This document shows positions 58,401-64,000 of a stretch of 64,000 bases of DNA, piece by piece. Made by a program: the position numbers and the translations under genes. Numbering within the stretch: position 1 is the first letter of the stretch; each line of letters opens with the position of its first letter. This DNA is from the human T2T-CHM13v2.0 reference genome, Homo sapiens: the NCBI RefSeq assembly GCF_009914755.1, contig NC_060933.1; one strand, written 5' to 3'. Under the pieces are notes generated by a model that was given only the letters and a program-made list of their open reading frames with translations, had not been told where the DNA came from and did not search any database.

Positions 58401-58770
58401 GTTAGAGGTAAGGTTACAGATTAACAGCATCTCAAGTCAGAAGAATTTTTCTTAGTACAGAACAAAGTGGAGTCTCTTATGTCTACTTCTTTCTACATAG
58501 ACACAGCAACAGTCTGATCTCTCTTTCTTTTCCCCACAATTCTGGTGAAGGTGGTGATGGAGGTTATGATAGTGGTGGTGGTGATGCTGGTGATGGTAGT
58601 GATGAAGATGATGGTGATGCTGGTGGTGGTGGTGGTGGTGGTGGTGATGATGTTAGTAGTGTGTTGGTTCTATGGTTTTGGTGCTGGTAGCACTGCTGGT
58701 GGTGGTCATGATGCTAGCAGTGTGGTGGTTCTGTGGTTTTGGTGCTGGTGGTGGCTGTGGAGGCTGTGCT
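55425..58770 (+). repeat. (TGG/TGA)n triplet-based array with higher-order units, split by the LTR5 insertion
   Basis: Read directly; same unit motifs on both sides of the LTR. Confidence 0.95.
57576..58538 (-). mobile_element. HERV-K(HML-2) solo LTR, 963 bp, most like LTR5B
   Basis: Minus strand starts TGTGGGGAAAAGAAAGAGAGATCAGACTG and ends CAGGTGTGGTGGGGCAGGCCACCCTTCA; AATAAA on the minus strand (57750-57755); 5-bp TSD ATTCT (57571-57575 and 58539-58543). Confidence 0.93.
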
Positions 58771-61700
58771 AGTGGATGCTGATTGCTCTGGGGAGTGTTC
58801 TGGTGCAATCCCATTTAGTCCTCTGCTCTATGAGGTAGATCTTATTATCCTCTTTTATCAACAGATGGAGGCCTGGAGTAATTAGTCATACGCTGACATC
58901 CTCACAGATGACAAGGGAGGGACCCGGTGCCCAGGCCTCCTGTGGTCAGTGCCTTCCCTGTGCCATTCTTCTCGGGCAGTGCTGCCAAGGGTCAGGTGGC
59001 TTCCTTCTGGGGAGCCTGGACCGAGTGAACATCCCCTGTGCTCAGCGATGCCCCGTGTGCCATAAAACAGTGTCTGCAGGCCCGCTGCTCCGAAAGTCAA
59101 GATGTGGAGAAGGAGCAGCTCAAGCGTGCACTGCCCAAGCCACAAGTGCAGGCCTTTGTGAGGTCACCACCCTTTGGGTGGCGAGTCTTTGAGGAGGTGA
59201 ACCCCCACCCTTTGGAGAGAGCAAGTCTTTGAGGAGGTGGACCTGCCCCCCAGCCCCTGCCATTGGTGCTGCCATTTCGTCCCTTGGTCTAGAGATGAGG
59301 CCCCCTCTCCGAGTTTGCTGAGCTGACCCTTCAGTCCCTGTGGCCAGCTTCAGGGTGTGCATGAGGCTGTGACCTGATCATGCCCCTTCTCTGCACCCAT
59401 GCGGCCCACCCCCATGTTGGAGACACAGATGTGTCATTTTGCAGCCTTGCACCCAGAGCTGTTGTGAGTAGACTTGACCCTACACGTCTTGGGCTGGTGG
59501 CTGCAGGTGAGAATTGGACTGGGACTGGAGGCAGCGAGCGAGGACATGGCGGGGACAGCAGAAAGCAATTTCCGACGACATGAAAATATTTCTCTGACAC
59601 TCTCGTTAATAGTGTGAAACTCGTTCTCACAGGTGCTGTGAAAACCATGGAAAAAATTATTTAGACCTCACTGGCTTGGGGGCATTTTGTTTTTCCATTT
59701 TGTATGACTCACGGATGAAGAACATCAAAGCGAGATTGTAAATGTGACTGGTCTGGCCCCTGGCAGCTGGAATGGGGGGATCTGGTGGTCTCCTACGTGC
59801 GCAGCGCTAAGGACGTCAAGGAAGTGCCTCGTGGAGAAGGGGCACCGGTGGCGTCCGGCCAGGCTGCTCTGGCAGTGTCTGTCAGAATCCGCCGGGCCCA
59901 GCGGGAGGGAAGCCCCGTGCAAGAGACTGCTGATGATGGCACTGTACTTGCGGGGAACGCAGTCGTGTTCTTAGCTCCTGTTTGCAGAGCCCAGGGCCAG
60001 ACTCCACCCTCCCAGCAGCCTCTGGGGCCAGCGTTGTTCCATCCCCAGCTTCAGAAGGGGAAAGAATGGTTTAACGTGGTTTGCGAACACACCTGAGATC
60101 ACTCAGCCAGCAAGGGGCAGGATTCAGATGTGGGCCCAGGTGAACCCAGCTCCAGACCCTAGCGCTGCCCGTGGCTCTCCCGGCCTCCGTCCCTCCCAGT
60201 CAGCGTGTTAACTCAGCTGGGCTGCGTTTTGTATGGGAGGTTGGACAACGTGCCCGCCTGCCAGGACAGGGGAGGTTTGTGGCAGGGCCTGGCAGTGGCA
60301 GAACAATCTCTCATGGACAACATGCTTGCCGACCGCTTCTCCCACAGCCTCGAACAAGAAGGGTTTGTCTTAAATAGTTATTTGTGTCTCTCTGTTTACC
60401 AGCACGAAGTGCTCTGGCTAAAATTAGATGATAAAGTCTGTGGGACAAGCAGAGTGCTCAGCTGGGATTCCTGTGGACCCTGTTTCGGTTGGACGAGGAG
60501 GGGGCCTGGGTGCCAGGCAGTCATGGGGGGGCTGGCTCAACCCAGGGATGGGGGATGGGGTTGAAAGGAGGAGTGCATGATTAAATGGCAGAGGAGGCAC
60601 TGAGCATGCGATTAGAGGGAGCAGCAGCATGAGAAGCAGCCTGGGCTGGGGGGCCGCGGCCACGGGAGCCTCTAATTTGGTGAGGTCCATGTTTCCCGTC
60701 TCCATGGCTCCAGGCTTATGGGGCTCTCCAATGAAAACTTTGCAGTTTCCTCAGCTCACAACAGAGACGCAGCCTGGATACGGTCTCATTAGCAGAAAAG
60801 GCAGAACTGATTCTCTCAGCAAAATGCTCCCATCTCTGCCAGAGCCAAGGACAACATGCTCCCGCCGTGGCCGCCGACCCATCTTCCGTCGAACGTGGCC
60901 GCCAACTGTGCCGTGGGCAGGGGCTCTGCAGCAGAGCGGAATGGCCGTAATGACCCTGGCCTGGTGGCGGAAACTTCCAGGGCACTTTAATGACCTGGCA
61001 GGGGGCAGAATCCAGGAATGTAAAGGGGGAAAATGGTCAGTTATCAGAGCGAGGGATGGCATGAAAACAGCTGCCACCTGCTTCTTTGGGCAGCCACAGG
61101 GCCAGCTGTCTGGAGCCGCTGGTGCTGGGTCTTGGCTTTTAAAGTTGAGCAGAGTGGTTCAGGGGCTCAGCCCGGGAAGCCAAGACGTGGAACAGGAGAA
61201 GCCTGAATCTGCCAGGCGAATTGGGCAGGTGCCTGCCCCTGCTCCTAGGGCTGTGTGGGTGATGGGACAAAGTTTTGGGAACTGGGAGCCCACGGCCGTT
61301 CTGTGTGCAGGATGTGTGACTTGGCACGATGTCCTTGACTCCAAGGTGGGCAGCTCTGGGGTGGGGACTGTGGGGGCTGCAGGCAGAGACTCAGGAGCCC
61401 CAGTCAGCCCTCCTCCCATATGGCCTGCGAGAGTGGCGCTGCCTCTCAGACCCTCCATTGCTGCATCTGTGAAATGGGGATGGGAGAGTGGAAAGGAGAC
61501 CTTGCCTTCCTCCTGGGGGGGCTGCAAGAATGGGAGTAGGGCCAGACCTGTAAGGAAAGTCTCTTTTGCCGAGGCGTGAGGTAGGGCTGGGAATTGGGTC
61601 AGTGTGAAACACCAGGGTCTTTCCCGAAGCATGCCGGGCACAGGCGGTGCACGCTGAGGATATCTGACATGTCAACACAACCTGTCACGTTGGAGCGGGG

Positions 61701-61809
61701 AAGTGGGGTGGGCTTAGGACAAGCAGCCTCAAAGAACTGTGGGCTGTTGTTGAGGGAGGGGACTGAGTCCCAGGCACCTCGGGGCCATCTCCAGTGCTGT
61801 GCCAGGACC

Positions 61810-62100
61810 CATGTGTGCCACACACATGCATACCTGTTCACATATGCACACAAGGCATGCCATACCATATACATATGCATAAAAGTGCATGCATGCACCC
61901 ATGTCACACATACACATGCATGTATACTGTGCACACGACGTAGGCATGTATGTCACGCACACACACCGCACATATGAATGCAAAACATATGTGCACAGTA
62001 CACATATGGCCTCCTGCACCCATGTGCACACCTGCATCAACACGGTACCGGACACATGCACGCACACGTATGTATGCACACACACAGTGACACAACACAC
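61810..62100 (+). repeat. Degenerate (CA/TA/TG)n alternating purine-pyrimidine tract
   Basis: cacacatgcatac...tatgcacacacac read directly. Confidence 0.85.
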
Positions 62101-63829
62101 CAGCCAACCCCAGATCCTGGCGCTTGGCCTGCAAGCGGGCCATGGGCCTACAAGTGTGGGGTTGCTGGCTGGGCTTCCCTGCGTCCAGTGGGTGTTTGGC
62201 CCTGCAGGAGGGCTGGAAAACAGCACGAAGAGGACAGCAGCAAGGGAGACCCAGCACTTCACACACTCATCTCATGGCCAGGGCAGGACAGGGGCAGGGC
62301 GGCACATCATGCTCCATATCCTGGGTGGTGATCGGCCTCTGCCTTTCCAGGGCAAGGGGGCGGCTCAGGAAGTAGGCGGCTGCCATCGTTGGTAAGAGGA
62401 CGGAGGATGGGGAGAAAGCAATGAAGGGTGGAGAAGGGGCGTGTCTGAAGAAGGTCGGAGGTGACACCTATTGCCCTGCTCAGGGATTGGATGTGTGCCA
62501 TGAAACCTGGCAGTTAGATGTGACATCAGAGGAGAGCCACAGGCCACTGCTGGGCAGGGCATCAGGTTGGTTCCTTGCGCTTGTGTGCCAGGGGCTCTGA
62601 TAGCACCTGGGAGGGGGACTGTGGGGACCATGGGCCTTTCTGAGGTCGTGGTCAGGCTGCTTGGAGGTTCTTGGGGTCAGAGTCCACCCGTCTGAGAGGG
62701 CAGCTGCAGCTAAGAAATTCCTGGGGTGCCTCAGTGCCTCAGGAAGGGTCAGGGCACGGCCCACTGGGCAATTCTGACCTACAGCCGGCCTCTTAGAGAC
62801 CCAGGGTTGGGTCCTGGAAGGCTGCAGGCTGAGGTCTCTCTGGGGTTTCTTTGGCTGTGCGTGCGCGTTGTGACCCAGCCCCAAGCTCCAGCTTCCTGTC
62901 CCCATCCCCTGAAAAGCCACGAGCTCACCCAAGCCCAAGCAGGGGCTGCCCACCAGCCCCTGGCCCTTTGTTTCCAGGCCGCCAGCACCTCCCGCCGGCC
63001 AGTGCCGGGCAAGGCTCCACCAGGAGAGGAGGCTTCATCGACCAATTTTCCTGGTCTGTAGTTTGGAGCTTGGTTTCATATCACAGGATGCACTGTGAAA
63101 ATGCTCTCAGCATACAACATGAAGTCGTGATCCTAGCTTTGTATTTGAAAGACAGTGTGCGCCAGATTATGGCGGTCGGGCTGGGCATGTCCTCTCCAGC
63201 ACACTGGGGAGTGGCTGCCGGAAGCCCTGGGTTGAGAAGGATTCTGAGGGCACCAGGGCAGAGTTCTGCCTAGGGCTTTCGTGAGCTTCGGGCAGAGCTG
63301 TGTGTTTGGTCCACACAGCCTGGAGGGGGTCAGGGGAGGCTGAGATTTCCTGTGATGAAATGGGGAGACTGTGGCTCCCAGGGGCTGGTTGCCTGGCTGG
63401 TAGGTGGCTGGGCTGGACGTCTCCACATGCTGACCTGGCTTCCAGAGAGGAGCCGACTCTGAGTGAATGTTCCAGAAGGAGGAGTGCAGGCTCAGGAACT
63501 GCCAGGGTACCACTGACAGAAGGAGGGGCGTCCCCGCATCCACAGCTGCCTTCAAGGTCTGTGAGGGGCGGCTCCAGGCCTGGCCGCATCTTAGAATCTC
63601 ATGAGCAGTTATGGCTCCTGAATCCCAGTCCCCGCCAGACCCACCACATGGAGTCTCTGGGGATCCCAGGGTTCCGCGGGTGTCACCTGCTGGGTAGGAC
63701 ACAGTGTGTGGCTGCGCGTGAGTCAGGGAAGATGCCTCTCTCACCCTGGACCCATCACATCTTTCATCAGTCTAGTGATGGACACAGGTCTCAGGGATGC
63801 AGGAGGACTTCAGTGTGGCCCTCACTGTC

Positions 63830-64000
63830 TCCATCCAGGACCCCCCATGATAACCCTCTAGAGCCCCCTCAACTGTCCCCATCCAGGGCTGTCAGATGTC
63901 CCCCCCATGGGACCCCCATCCAGGGCTGCCCAGGCTCCCCCATAGTACCCCATCTAGGACCACCCTGTAACCTCCCCATAGTACCCATACAGGGCTGCCC
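63830..64000 (+). repeat. Start of a degenerate ~36-bp C-rich tandem repeat running off the window
   Basis: ccccatccagggctg-like cores near 63877, 63914, 63948 and 63984. Confidence 0.6.

Noticed and set aside
57576-58538. SVA element or full provirus
   Set aside because: Complete TG...CA LTR with a 5-bp TSD; no SVA VNTR, hexamer or poly-A, and no gag/pol/env.
60629-61579. 316-aa ORF and other 150-330-aa ORFs in GC-rich or low-complexity introns
   Set aside because: No recognisable homology; long ORFs are expected by chance at this GC content, and one overlaps a MIR core.

Overview
GC-rich human (or near-identical hominid) genomic DNA lying entirely inside COL5A1 (collagen type V alpha 1, 9q34.3), transcribed on the + strand. 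The window holds the 3' ~32 kb of intron 1, coding exons 2, 3 and 4 (168, 214 and 163 bp, all GT-AG; they encode the N-terminal TSPN/laminin-G-like domain) and the first ~21.5 kb of intron 4. The rest is intronic: about ten Alus, old L1M, L2, MIR, L3/CR1 and MLT1 fragments, and one antisense HERV-K(HML-2) LTR5 solo LTR. It also has a heavy load of tandem repeats: two G-rich minisatellites, three (TCCA)n arrays, polypyrimidine tracts and a ~3.3 kb TGG-triplet array. I found no new gene or new biological system; almost all ORFs in the track are repeat or GC artefacts. The most notable observations are structural: a ~385-bp non-tandem duplication 6.8 kb apart, an Alu that appears to have captured ~165 bp of foreign DNA inside one target-site duplication, and an LTR5 sitting inside a higher-order triplet array. 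There are also an inverted AluY pair bracketing exons 3-4 and several candidate enhancer motif clusters. Repeat subfamily calls are from memory of consensus sequences, and repeat boundaries are approximate.
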